The notes beneath the pieces were generated by a model. The model searched no databases. It worked only from the letters and a program-made list of their open reading frames with translations, and had not been told where the DNA came from. The position numbers were made by a program, and so were the translations under genes. From contig JAKPQQ010000222.1 in assembly GCA_029557215.1 (NCBI GenBank), positions 18,481-82,480 on the forward strand: a stretch of 64,000 nucleotides of DNA, in the 5' to 3' direction. Within the stretch, counting starts at the first letter, position 1, and each line of letters opens with the position of its first letter. The stretch is from Fibrobacterota bacterium. GTDB lineage: Bacteria > Fibrobacterota > Fibrobacteria > UBA5070. Below are positions 44,614 to 54,046 of this stretch, piece after piece.

Positions 44614-45443
44614 GCCCTGAAGGAAATGGCCTCGCCCATGCGGACCGACCGTCCCGGTTCCGGGAAGGCGTCGCCGGCGCAGGCCGCGCGCAGGTCCTTG
44701 TCCAGCAGAAGCACCACGGTGGACCCCAGCTCGAACACGCCCAGTTGGTCGGCCTTCGCCACGGCCAGGCTCCCGCCTTGGGGAATCCATGTTCCGGTGG
44801 TTCCGTGCCCGAGATCCTTGTCGGCGGCCAGGCGGATGCTCCCGACATTGTAGGCGCCCACCATCACGGCCACGGCCGTGCCATGGGGGGTGCGGACGGA
44901 AACCGACGAACGTTCGTTCTTGGCGAAGACGCCGGGGATGCCTTCCACCGCGCCCTTGTTGACCGGCCAGAGGTCGCCCGGAACGTGCCTGGCCTGGACG
45001 ATTTCGCCGCCGATCGCGTGGTGCACGCGATGGTAGTTCCAGGGCGCGAGGTAGATCGTGCAGAAGGCTCCGCCTTCCAGCGAGGCGGCGAGTTCGCGGT
45101 CCTGCAGGAAATCCGCCACCGAGTAGGGGATCCCTTTGGCCTGGAGGATGGTCCCTTGGCGGATTTCGCCCGATTGTCCGAAGACGCCGTCGCACGGCGA
45201 GACGAGGAGAGAATCCGCCACGGTCCGCGCGTCGATGCGGATCTCGCGCGTGAAGAAGTCCTGGAGGCTTTCGTAGTCGGATCGTCGCGTCCGTTTCGCT
45301 TCGGCGAGATCGATGCGCGGGAATCCGGCGTGGAAGAGCCGGATGGACGCCCTGGCGAGCAGGCGAGGCTTGCGGACGCGCGAGACGCGACCGAACAAAC
45401 GGGACAGGAATACGCGTGGCAGAAGTTTGAGTAGAATGATCAC
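44610..45443 (-). CDS. psd: Phosphatidylserine decarboxylase proenzyme
   Basis: FFTR, SPCDG, YLAPWNYHRVH, NER, FELGST cleavage motif. Confidence 0.93.
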   Translation of the reverse strand: MIILLKLLPRVFLSRLFGRVSRVRKPRLLARASIRLFHAGFPRIDLAEAKRTRRSDYESLQDFFTREIRIDARTVADSLLVSPCDGVFGQSGEIRQGTILQAKGIPYSVADFLQDRELAASLEGGAFCTIYLAPWNYHRVHHAIGGEIVQARHVPGDLWPVNKGAVEGIPGVFAKNERSSVSVRTPHGTAVAVMVGAYNVGSIRLAADKDLGHGTTGTWIPQGGSLAVAKADQLGVFELGSTVVLLLDKDLRAACAGDAFPEPGRSVRMGEAISFRA

Positions 45444-45474
45444 GGCTGAACTTGAACGTAGTTTTCCAGCGAAG

Positions 45475-45891
45475 ATGAGCCTACGCGTCACATTCCATGG
45501 CAACCGCGCCTGGAAGATCGGGAACCTTCCCGACCTTCGCAAGGCCGCCCTCTCCGTCCTGCGCGCCGAAGGCGCGACGGGTCCCGTCGACATCGTCTTC
45601 CAGTCCCCCGCCGAGCAGCGCGCGCTGAACCTCCAGTGGAGGGGCCTGGACCGGACGACCGACGTCCTTTCGTTCGAGTACCACGAGCCCGACCTGTTCG
45701 GCGAGCTCTACATCGACCCCGTGCTGGCGGCGGAACAAGCCGTCCGCTACAAGCACGACCTCCACGCCGAGCTGCGCCGCCTGGTGGTGCACGGCTGCCT
45801 GCACCTTTGCGGGCACGACCACCACACCTCTTCGGAGCGGGTCCGAATGCGGGCGCTGGAACGCAAATACGATCCCGGGGCCGGCTCGTGA
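45475..45891 (+). CDS. ybeY: rRNA maturation endoribonuclease YbeY
   Basis: TDVLSF, HGCLHLCGHDH. Confidence 0.93.
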   Translation: MSLRVTFHGNRAWKIGNLPDLRKAALSVLRAEGATGPVDIVFQSPAEQRALNLQWRGLDRTTDVLSFEYHEPDLFGELYIDPVLAAEQAVRYKHDLHAELRRLVVHGCLHLCGHDHHTSSERVRMRALERKYDPGAGS

Positions 45892-47207
45892 TCGGACCGC
45901 TCGCCGTTTCGCTCCTGGGGCTCCTGTTCTCCGCGCATTTTTCCACCGTGCGCACGATCCTGGGCCTGCTCAAACGCCCCGGTTACATCCCTCCCGAAGG
46001 ATGGCACGGCCTGGCTCGCCGTACCCGCAAGCGCCTGGAAGACCCGTCGTTCCCCGTCACCGTCAGCCTGGGACGCTCGCTGGGAACCCTCATGTTCGTG
46101 CTGGGTGGATGGAACGCGTTGTTCCAGGAAGCCCCTCCCGGCCTTCCGGTCGCCGCGGCGACCGGCCTGGCCCTCCTGCTTTGCCTGTACCTGCTGGGCG
46201 ACTTCTTCCCGCGCCTGGCCGCCCGGCTGCGCGCCGAGCGCCTCCTGCCGTCGTCGTTGCGGCTGCAGGAAATCGTCAATCCCGTGTTCCTCCCGTTCGC
46301 CATGCCCATCGTCCGGATGCGCAAGTTCCTGGAAGGTTGGCTCGGATGGGATGGACGATTCGAATTCCTGAACGAAGAAGAACGCGCCAAGGTCGCCGAA
46401 GCCCGCGAAGAGCACCAGACCGACCATGCCGACGTCGAACGGCAGATCATCCGGGCCGCGCTCGACCTCGGCGAAACCCGGGTGCGCGAAATCCTGACCC
46501 CTCGCCTGCAGGTGGCCGGGTTCCCGGTGGATTCGAACCTCGCGTCCGTCACCCAGCTCCTGCACAGTTCCAAGTACTCCCGGTTCCCCGTCTACGAAAA
46601 CGATCTCGACCACATGGTGGGCATCCTGCACGCCAAGGATCTGGTGGGCGTCTCCGAAGCGGACTGGGATCTCCGCAGACTCCTGCGCCCGGTGGCGTTC
46701 GTCCCCGAATCCCAGCTGGTGTCCGATCTCCTGCGCACCCTGCGATCCAAGCAGACCCACCTCGCGGTGGTCGTCGACGAACACGGCGCGATGTCGGGAA
46801 TCGTCACCATGGAAGACGCTCTGGAAGAGATCGTGGGCGAGATCCGCGACGAGACCGACGAAGAGGAACCGCTTCTCAAGCCCGTCGGCGGCGGGGAATA
46901 CCTGGCGGCGGGCCACGCCCGCCTGGACCAGATCCAATCCGCGCTGAGCCGCACCCAGCCCCCGCTTCCGCCTCCACCCGACGGCGTGGAAGTCGACACC
47001 CTCGCGGGTCTGTACCTCGCCTTGGCCGGGTGCTTCCCGGAAGTCGGCGCCTCGCTGGTCGCGGGCTCCTGGGAATTGACCGCGCTCGAGCTCGACGGAA
47101 ACCGGATCAGCCGGTTGCGCCTCCTGCATCTGCCGGAAACCGTCTCCGGTTCGCAGCCCGAATCCGCCGCCGAACCGGTTCCGGAGCCGCAACCGCCGAC
47201 GGCGTGA
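45888..47207 (+). CDS. CNNM/CBS/CorC (hemolysin-family) membrane protein
   Basis: TM region, YSRFPVY, VVDEHG..GIVTMEDALEEIVGEI; GTGA overlap with ybeY. Confidence 0.9.
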   Translation: MIGPLAVSLLGLLFSAHFSTVRTILGLLKRPGYIPPEGWHGLARRTRKRLEDPSFPVTVSLGRSLGTLMFVLGGWNALFQEAPPGLPVAAATGLALLLCLYLLGDFFPRLAARLRAERLLPSSLRLQEIVNPVFLPFAMPIVRMRKFLEGWLGWDGRFEFLNEEERAKVAEAREEHQTDHADVERQIIRAALDLGETRVREILTPRLQVAGFPVDSNLASVTQLLHSSKYSRFPVYENDLDHMVGILHAKDLVGVSEADWDLRRLLRPVAFVPESQLVSDLLRTLRSKQTHLAVVVDEHGAMSGIVTMEDALEEIVGEIRDETDEEEPLLKPVGGGEYLAAGHARLDQIQSALSRTQPPLPPPPDGVEVDTLAGLYLALAGCFPEVGASLVAGSWELTALELDGNRISRLRLLHLPETVSGSQPESAAEPVPEPQPPTA

Positions 47208-47210
47208 AGT

Positions 47211-49643
47211 TCAGGCGCCCAGTTCGCGCTTGACGCTTTCCGACGAAGGGAACCCGCCCTGGGCGAGTTCTTCGGGACGCCCGGCGAACAACACCCGGCC
47301 GCCTTCGCGCCCCGGCCCGGGCCCGAGCTCCACCACGTGGTCGCAACGCGAGGCGAGAACCGGATCGTGGGTGATGGCCACAACGGTGTCGCCGGAGGCC
47401 AACAGGTCGTCGAACACCGACCCCAGCTTCAGCGTGTCCAGAGGGTGGAGCCCTCGCGAAGGCTCGTCCAGGATCCAGAGTGTGCGCTTGCGCGAGCCCG
47501 CTCCGCCGACCGCCGACGCCAAGCGCAGGCGCAAGGCTTCGCCGCCCGAAAGCGAATCCGATCTCCGGCCCGGCGACAGATGCCCCAGTCCCGCCGCGCA
47601 AAGGCGCCCCAGCAATCCCCCCAGCTTGGCGTGGTTCGCGAACAATCCGCGCGCGGCTTCCAGGTCCAGGTCCAGCACATCGGCGATGGACAAGCCCTTC
47701 CAGCGCACGGACAGCGTCTGGGCGTCGAACCGGGCTCCGTTGCAGCGCGAACACGGCGTCCAGGCGTCGGGCAGCAGGTGCAACACCACCTTCTCCTCGC
47801 CGATGCCTCCGCAGGTCTCGCAACGCCCGCCCTTGGCGTTGGGGGAAAACCGCGAGGCGGTCCAGCCGCGCACCTTGGAATCGGGCAGGGCGGCGTAGAG
47901 CGTGCGCAAGTCGTCGAGCATGCCGGACAGCGTCGCCACGGTCGATCGCGGCGAGCGGACCCATTCCCCGCCCGGCTCGACCACCGCCACGTCGTGCAGT
48001 TCGCCTTCCACCGAAATCGAGGCGAACGGAAGGGGGTCGCCGCTCCCCGACAATTTCCGCTTCAAGGCCGGGGCCAAGGTGTCCAGCACCAGGGAACTCT
48101 TGCCCGCGCCGGAAACGCCCGTCACCGTCGTGAAGCACCCCAGCGGGATCTCCACGTCGGCCTCGCGCAGATTCCGTCCACATGCGCCCCGCAGGACCAC
48201 GCGCCCCTTCGCGGCCAGGCGAGGCCGCGCGGGCGGGCGGGCGGCACCCGAAAGCCACTTCCCCGACGGCGTGGGGGCCGCGGCCATCGCCGACGGCGAT
48301 CCCGCGTAGAGGATCCTTCCACCCGCGCGTCCGGGCCCCGGACCGGTCTCGATCACCGCGTCGCTTCGATCCAACGACCTCAGGTCGTGCTCCACCACCA
48401 CCAGGGTGGCGCCCTGGTCGCGCAGGCGGGAGAGCAGGGCGTGGACGGGCGGCAGATCGCGGGGATGCAATCCCGTGGTCGGCTCGTCCAGCACGTAGGC
48501 CAGCCCCGAAAGCGGTGCACCCACCAGCGCACCCAGACGGGCGCGACGTTCTTCCCCCTGCGACAACGACTCGGCCGGGCGTCCCAGCGGCAGGTAACCC
48601 AGCCCGAGGTCGTCGAGGACTTCGGCCCGCCGACGGATCTCGTCGACCAGTTCGGCGCAAGGCCCCTGCGCGAGCGACTCCCACTCCGAACCCTCCAGCG
48701 TCGCGCGGACTTCCGCCACATCGCGCCCCGAAAGATCGACAAGCGAAACCCCGCCGATCCGGAACCATCCGGCTTCTTCGCGCAGACCGGATCCCGCGCA
48801 GGCGGAGCACGGCACCGCGCCATCCGCCCCGGCGCCCTTGCAGACAGGGCAATGCCCCTGGACGCTGCGGCGCGAGAACAGGGACGGCGTGGGGCGCGGG
48901 GCGGTTCGGCCCGTGGCCAGGCAGCGCGGAACCCCCGAGACGGAAATCGTCTTTTCCGATCCGGGCTCCCCGATCTCCAGCGAACAAAGATCGCCACCCA
49001 ACCGGTAGGCGGTCAGGACCGCCTCGGCCAAGCGCACGGCATGGCGTTCCTGGGCTCGCAACCGATCGACCACGATCCGCAGGCCGTCCAGCGGCGCATC
49101 GGGATCCAGCCGTTCCAGCTCCAGCGATTCGCGCCCGAGGGCGCCACGCACGAACCCTCTGCGCACCCACGGCCCGGGACAGGTTTCGTCGGGCCGGAAC
49201 AGGATCCGGACCTTCTCGTCCGGCGCCTCGCGAAGAACCTTCTCGGCCACTTCCGGCGCCGACAACCCTTCCATCCGCTCTCCGGTGGCCGGAGAAACCG
49301 GCACGGAAGCGGCTGCCCACAGCGCGACCAGCGGCTCGTGCAGCCCCGCCAGGCTCGACAGCGTCGCCCACGGCCCGGACTCCGACGTTTCCTGTCGCAA
49401 GGCCGCGGTGGGAACCAGCCCCGTGGCGGCGTCCATGGGGGGGCGCGCCATGGCGTCGGACAGGCTCCGCCTCCACGCGGGCAGGGTGGAAAGCCATCTG
49501 CGCTCGGCCTCGGCGTGGAGCGTGTGGAACACGAGACTCGTCTTCCCGGATCCCGAAACCCCGCAGACGGAGGTCCACTTCCCGATCCCGAACTCGGCGT
49601 CGACGGATGCCAGGTTGTGGGTCCGGACGCCGCGCAGCCTCAT
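47211..49643 (-). CDS. Divergent UvrA-like ABC ATPase (short paralog)
   Basis: THNL, GVSGSGKT, LSQGE, LDEPTTGLH, GVSGAGKS, CETC..CSRC, LSGGE, LDEPS; about 810 aa. Confidence 0.88.
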   Translation of the reverse strand: MRLRGVRTHNLASVDAEFGIGKWTSVCGVSGSGKTSLVFHTLHAEAERRWLSTLPAWRRSLSDAMARPPMDAATGLVPTAALRQETSESGPWATLSSLAGLHEPLVALWAAASVPVSPATGERMEGLSAPEVAEKVLREAPDEKVRILFRPDETCPGPWVRRGFVRGALGRESLELERLDPDAPLDGLRIVVDRLRAQERHAVRLAEAVLTAYRLGGDLCSLEIGEPGSEKTISVSGVPRCLATGRTAPRPTPSLFSRRSVQGHCPVCKGAGADGAVPCSACAGSGLREEAGWFRIGGVSLVDLSGRDVAEVRATLEGSEWESLAQGPCAELVDEIRRRAEVLDDLGLGYLPLGRPAESLSQGEERRARLGALVGAPLSGLAYVLDEPTTGLHPRDLPPVHALLSRLRDQGATLVVVEHDLRSLDRSDAVIETGPGPGRAGGRILYAGSPSAMAAAPTPSGKWLSGAARPPARPRLAAKGRVVLRGACGRNLREADVEIPLGCFTTVTGVSGAGKSSLVLDTLAPALKRKLSGSGDPLPFASISVEGELHDVAVVEPGGEWVRSPRSTVATLSGMLDDLRTLYAALPDSKVRGWTASRFSPNAKGGRCETCGGIGEEKVVLHLLPDAWTPCSRCNGARFDAQTLSVRWKGLSIADVLDLDLEAARGLFANHAKLGGLLGRLCAAGLGHLSPGRRSDSLSGGEALRLRLASAVGGAGSRKRTLWILDEPSRGLHPLDTLKLGSVFDDLLASGDTVVAITHDPVLASRCDHVVELGPGPGREGGRVLFAGRPEELAQGGFPSSESVKRELGA

Positions 49644-49648
49644 TGGAA

Positions 49649-50023
49649 TCAGTTCTTGGCGTCCAGGAGCTTGCGGACCCGGCGGACGAGATCGGGGCGA
49701 TCGAACGGCTTGGTGATGTAGTCGGCCGCGCCCATCACGTGCAGCCCCACCATCAGGTCGATCGGCTTGTTCCTGCTGGTCAGGAACACGAACGGCACCG
49801 CGGCCAGATCCGGGAGCTCGCGCAGGGCGCGGAACACCTGGTGGCCGTCCATCCCCGGCATGACGAGATCCGTCAACACCAGCTCGGGCGCGAACTCCTT
49901 GGCGACCTCCACGGCCATTTCCGGAGCCAGTTCCACCCTGACCTCGTGTCCATCGGACTCGAGGACCAGGCGGATCACGTTGGCCATGTCCTCTTCGTCG
50001 TCCACAACCAGGATGCGAGCCAC
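49649..50023 (-). CDS. Single-domain response regulator
   Basis: ILVVDDE, LTDLVMP, FLTS, KPF; GTG start overlaps upstream TAG. Confidence 0.9.
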   Translation of the reverse strand: MARILVVDDEEDMANVIRLVLESDGHEVRVELAPEMAVEVAKEFAPELVLTDLVMPGMDGHQVFRALRELPDLAAVPFVFLTSRNKPIDLMVGLHVMGAADYITKPFDRPDLVRRVRKLLDAKN

Positions 50024-50334
50024 TAGTGCCTCCCCGTCGAAGGTTTCTGCCGAAGTTCGTCCACCAGCCAGCCCCAGCTGTGCCTCGCGGCGTACCAGCC
50101 CAGGGCTCCGGCGCAGAGGTCGGCCACCGGGCCGATCCATGCGGGCACACCGGCCAGCACCGACAGGATCCGGCACAAACCGCCGATCGCCAGCAGCGCG
50201 GCGGCGACCGGATACAGCACCACCGGACCGACGTCGTCGCGCATCGCGCGCCCCAGACGCACCGACAACCGCCAGATCACCAGCAGCAGCGCGGCCAGCG
50301 CCAAATGCCAAAGAAACGCTCCGTACGGGATCAT
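50023..50334 (-). CDS. Small 3-TM hypothetical membrane protein
   Basis: MIPYGAFLWHL...WGWLVDEL; ATGA-coupled. Confidence 0.75.
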   Translation of the reverse strand: MIPYGAFLWHLALAALLLVIWRLSVRLGRAMRDDVGPVVLYPVAAALLAIGGLCRILSVLAGVPAWIGPVADLCAGALGWYAARHSWGWLVDELRQKPSTGRH

Positions 50335-50606
50335 CGTTCGGGTCCCATCATGACGAACCACAACCAGAAGACGCCCACGGACAGGACGACGGCCCCGCCC
50401 AGTCCGACGAGATCGGCCACGAGCGAAGGAACACCCGGCAGATGCGCCAGGATCTGTCCGGCCAGGCCCAGCCCGGCGCCCACGGCCAGAAGCCATCCGC
50501 GCGTGCTTTCCCCGAACTTGCGCCGGTAGAACACGCCGATCGCCACTCCCACCAGGGCGAGCGACGAGAGCACGGCTGCCGCCAGGATGGAAATCGCGGC
50601 GATCAT
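50331..50606 (-). CDS. Small 3-TM hypothetical membrane protein
   Basis: MIAAISIL...FYRRKFGEST...; ATGA-coupled. Confidence 0.75.
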   Translation of the reverse strand: MIAAISILAAAVLSSLALVGVAIGVFYRRKFGESTRGWLLAVGAGLGLAGQILAHLPGVPSLVADLVGLGGAVVLSVGVFWLWFVMMGPER

Positions 50607-51373
50607 CGTTTGCGTCCGAACGCCTCCACGAACGCCTGCGCCCGGTTCTTGCGGGGCGCGCCGCCCAGGATCCCCTCCTGGCCGTCGAACTTCTCTTCGA
50701 TCACGATCCCGCCGTCGGCGATGCGGTAGCGGCGGATGTCGGTGGCGTGCTTGGAACCCCGCATCTTCAGGACCAGCATGGCCTTGGAGACGGCGCTTTC
50801 CAGTTCCACGTAGCGCAGCACGATGAACGAATCGACCACGAAGGGCGATCGGCTGATCGAATTGGTGTCGCCCAGGAGGTTGCCGTTCTCGCGCAGGAAG
50901 ACGGCGGTGCAACCTTCGCGTTTGAACGCGGAAACGAGCCTGAACTCCATGTCGCGCAGCTGGAAGCTGTCGTCGGTGAGGAACTCGAAATGGCTCAGGC
51001 TGTCCACCACCACGCGCTTGATGCAGAATTCCTCGATCTCGCGCTCCAGATCGCCGTCGATCTCCTCCAGCGACTGGAGAAGTTCCATGGGGGTGGTGAA
51101 CCGGATGCGAAGCCGTCCTTCGGCCTCGTACTTGCGAAGATCCCACCCCATGCGCGCGGCGTCGTTGTAGAGCTGCGCGGGGAATTCCTCGAAGGTCACG
51201 TAGAGTCCGGCCTCGCCCCGCTCCTCGATGCCCTTGATCAGGAACTGGAGGCCAAGCGTGGTTTTCCCGGTTCCCGGCGCACCTTCGACGAGGTTCGCCG
51301 AACGCTCGACGAATCCACCGCCGGTCATGCGGTCCAGTCCTTCGATTCCCGTGGCGATCCTGGTCAAGGGCAT
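50603..51373 (-). CDS. Single-domain KaiC/RAD55-family ATPase
   Basis: TGIEGLD, GAPGTGKT, VTFEE, VVVDSL, KMRGS. Confidence 0.92.
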   Translation of the reverse strand: MPLTRIATGIEGLDRMTGGGFVERSANLVEGAPGTGKTTLGLQFLIKGIEERGEAGLYVTFEEFPAQLYNDAARMGWDLRKYEAEGRLRIRFTTPMELLQSLEEIDGDLEREIEEFCIKRVVVDSLSHFEFLTDDSFQLRDMEFRLVSAFKREGCTAVFLRENGNLLGDTNSISRSPFVVDSFIVLRYVELESAVSKAMLVLKMRGSKHATDIRRYRIADGGIVIEEKFDGQEGILGGAPRKNRAQAFVEAFGRKR

Positions 51374-52314
51374 CACAGCCTCCCGGTGGCTCGGAACAAT
51401 CTGCGGATCACGGCCTTCTGGGCATGCAGGCGGTTCTCCGCTTCGTCGAAGCAGACGCAGCGTTCCCCGTCCATGATCTCGTCGGTGATCTCTTCGCCGC
51501 GGTGGGCGGGAAGGCAATGGGTGACCAGCGCCTGGGACCCCGCCGCCGACAACAGGCCGGCGTTGATCTGGTAGGGCAGGAAATGTCCGGCCTTCTGGTC
51601 CTTCTGGCCTTCCTGGCCCATGGACACCCAGACGTCGGAATACAGGAAGTCGGCGCCGCGCACGGCTTCCTTGGGGTCGGTCACGGCCTCGAACCGCGTG
51701 CCGCGCTTCTTGAATTCGGGCAGGATCTGGCGCACGAAATCCACCGGCAACTCGAACCCGTCCGGGCAGGATAGCACGAAATTCATTCCGCAGAACGCGG
51801 CGAGTTCGGCCAGCGACCTGGCCACGTTGTTGCCGTCGCCCACGAAGACCAGCGTGAGCCCTTCCAGGTTGCCGCGGTGCTCGCGGGCCGTGAGCCCGAA
51901 GGCCAGGGCCTGGCACGGGTGCGACACGTCGGTGAGGGCGTTGACCACCGGAACGCGGGCGAGCTTGGCGAGGCTTTCCACCAACTCGTGCGAGAAGGTG
52001 CGGCAGACCAGAACGTCCAGCCAGCGCTCCAGGTTCCGGGCGACGTCGGCCAGGCTCTCGCGCTTGCCGATTCCGATGGTGCCGGCGTCCAGCTGCAGGG
52101 CTTGCCCGCCCTTCTGGTTCATGGCGACTTCGAACGTCACCCGGGTGCGCAACGACGGCTTCTCGAAGTAAAGCGCGGCGGTGCGGCCGGCGAATTCGGT
52201 GTCGGGACCGTTCTGGCGCAGGCGCGCCTTCTGGGCCGCGGCGTCGTCCAGCAGTTCGTGGACGGCCTGTTCGCCCAGCGGCAGAAGGTCGATGAGGTCT
52301 TTCTGGAGGTTCAT
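51373..52314 (-). CDS. argF: Ornithine carbamoyltransferase
   Basis: FEKPSLRTR, HPCQAL, GDGNN, DVWVSMG, HCLPAHRG, EAENR. Confidence 0.95.
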   Translation of the reverse strand: MNLQKDLIDLLPLGEQAVHELLDDAAAQKARLRQNGPDTEFAGRTAALYFEKPSLRTRVTFEVAMNQKGGQALQLDAGTIGIGKRESLADVARNLERWLDVLVCRTFSHELVESLAKLARVPVVNALTDVSHPCQALAFGLTAREHRGNLEGLTLVFVGDGNNVARSLAELAAFCGMNFVLSCPDGFELPVDFVRQILPEFKKRGTRFEAVTDPKEAVRGADFLYSDVWVSMGQEGQKDQKAGHFLPYQINAGLLSAAGSQALVTHCLPAHRGEEITDEIMDGERCVCFDEAENRLHAQKAVIRRLFRATGRL

Positions 52315-52416
52315 GTCGCCCCGGATACGCCTTTCAGGAGGAAAGAGGGGAAGATAATCAATCCCCCCCTCCTCGGGACGGAATCCGCCCTTGGCATCCA
52401 CTTTACCTTTGTTCGG

Positions 52417-53121
52417 ATGCAAAACGCAACAGTTCCGAACCGGGTGATCCTGGTCGAGCCGGAAATGCCGGAAAACGTCGGATTCGTGGTCCGGGCCATG
52501 TCCTGCTTCGGCTGGACCGATCTGGCCATCGTCGGGCGCAAACCGGATCGCGAATCGGCGGCCTACCGCACGGCGACCATGGGCAAGGAGATCCTCGATT
52601 CCTGCACCACCCATCCGGACCTCGTCTCGGCCTTCGGCGAAGCCCGCACCACGATCGCCTTCACGCGACGCCCGCACCAGAAGGGATTGATCGCCCTGCA
52701 GCACCTCGCGGCATCCCCTTCCGGACTGGAAGCCCCATGGGCGCTCGTGTTCGGACGCGAATCGATCGGCCTCACCTCCGACGAGGTCATGGCCTGCGAC
52801 ATCGCCTGCAACATCCCCACCGCGCACGCCACGGGATCCTTGAACCTGGGCCAGGCCGCCGCGGTGGCCCTGGCGGGATTCCATTCGGTCAAACCTCGGA
52901 CCGTGCAGGATCCGTCGCGCACGACCGCCCTCGCCTCGCTTCGGGAAGCCTGGGTCAGGGACATCATGTCCAACGCGGAATCGATGCTGCATCCCGCGCG
53001 CCGCGAGGCCGGGAGACGGCACCTGGCCTCGCTTCTGCGAAGGTTGCGCCCCACCCGCGAAGAGTTGCGTTTTTTGACGTCGTTCCTCGGCAGGCTGTCC
53101 GGCCAGCACGCAAAACGTTGA
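52417..53121 (+). CDS. TrmJ/TrmH-family SPOUT RNA methyltransferase
   Basis: ENVGFVVRAM, FGRESIGL, SLNLGQA. Confidence 0.9.
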   Translation: MQNATVPNRVILVEPEMPENVGFVVRAMSCFGWTDLAIVGRKPDRESAAYRTATMGKEILDSCTTHPDLVSAFGEARTTIAFTRRPHQKGLIALQHLAASPSGLEAPWALVFGRESIGLTSDEVMACDIACNIPTAHATGSLNLGQAAAVALAGFHSVKPRTVQDPSRTTALASLREAWVRDIMSNAESMLHPARREAGRRHLASLLRRLRPTREELRFLTSFLGRLSGQHAKR

Positions 53122-53203
53122 TTTCAAGGGACTTGGAGGGTACCGAACCCCTCAAACCCGCCTGGAATGGGGGCTGGCGGTGAACAAATCCCGCAAAAGC
53201 CCA

Positions 53204-53232
53204 TTGCAAGGCACTTGACTCGGTGATATGTT
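53204..53232 (+). promoter_or_regulatory. Sigma70-like promoter of the HU gene
   Basis: TTGCAA-N17-TATGTT. Confidence 0.55.
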
Positions 53233-53295
53233 CCTGATGTCGTGCCTCTCGCGCTCGACGCGAAACAACCCTCCATATCCAGAAAAGGGATCCCC

Positions 53296-53604
53296 ATGAA
53301 CAAGACCGATCTCGTCGCCAAGGTCCAGGAACTCGCCGAACTCGAAAGCAAGGCCGCTGCCGAACGCGCCGTCAGCGCCGTTCTGGAAGCCCTCACCGCC
53401 GGCCTGAAGGCCGACGGCAACGTCGCTCTCGTCGGCTTCGGCACTTTCGACGTCAAGGAGCGCAAGGCTCGCACCGGCGTGAATCCCGCCACCGGCGAAA
53501 AGATCAAGATCGCCGCCTCCAAGACCGTCGGCTTCAAGGCCGGCAAGGCCCTCAAGGACGAATTCAACAAGGCCAAGGCGGCCAAGGGCGGCAAGAAGAA
53601 GTAA
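53296..53604 (+). CDS. hup: DNA-binding protein HU
   Basis: MNKTDLV, GFGTF, ARTGVNPATGE, FKAGKALK. Confidence 0.95.
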   Translation: MNKTDLVAKVQELAELESKAAAERAVSAVLEALTAGLKADGNVALVGFGTFDVKERKARTGVNPATGEKIKIAASKTVGFKAGKALKDEFNKAKAAKGGKKK

Positions 53605-53639
53605 GACTCGCGAAAGCTCCGGCTTTCCGATACATCGTC

Positions 53640-53680
53640 GCCCTTTCGGGGATTCCCTCCGGAAGGGCTTTTTCTTTCTT
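53640..53680 (+). terminator. Intrinsic terminator after HU
   Basis: GCCCTTTCGGGG...CTCCGGAAGGGC followed by a T run. Confidence 0.75.
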
Positions 53681-53901
53681 GGCCGCCACCGAGACTGGAA
53701 CCGCGCCTCTCGAGCCTCGCCTTCGCAAAAACCGAAAATCCACTCAAGTTTTTGCCGATCCGACCGATGGCCGGCCGTCCGGAACGCGAAAACGGCGGGA
53801 TCCGAACAAATCGATCAAGTCGCGATCGACCGATGCCGAAAAGATCCGGTTGGGCTCTCGATTTCCCCTGTTCGTTCCCTGCAAAGCCGCATCACAAGGC
53901 C

Positions 53902-53929
53902 TCAAGAACTCGCCCGCACCTTCCGATAA
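53902..53929 (+). promoter_or_regulatory. Sigma28 (FliA)-like promoter of flagellin
   Basis: TCAAG-N15-TCCGATAA. Confidence 0.65.
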
Positions 53930-54046
53930 ACGTTGTGTAAGCCACCGGAACTCCGGGGATTCCATCCTTGGATGAATCCGGAGGCTTGCGAAAGAAGGGC
54001 GGCAAGGACGCTGCCTGGATCGGGATCCACGCAAGGAGGATGTGTC

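Noticed and set aside
50603..51373. KaiC as a circadian clock gene
   Set aside because: Single domain only, and no kaiA/kaiB nearby
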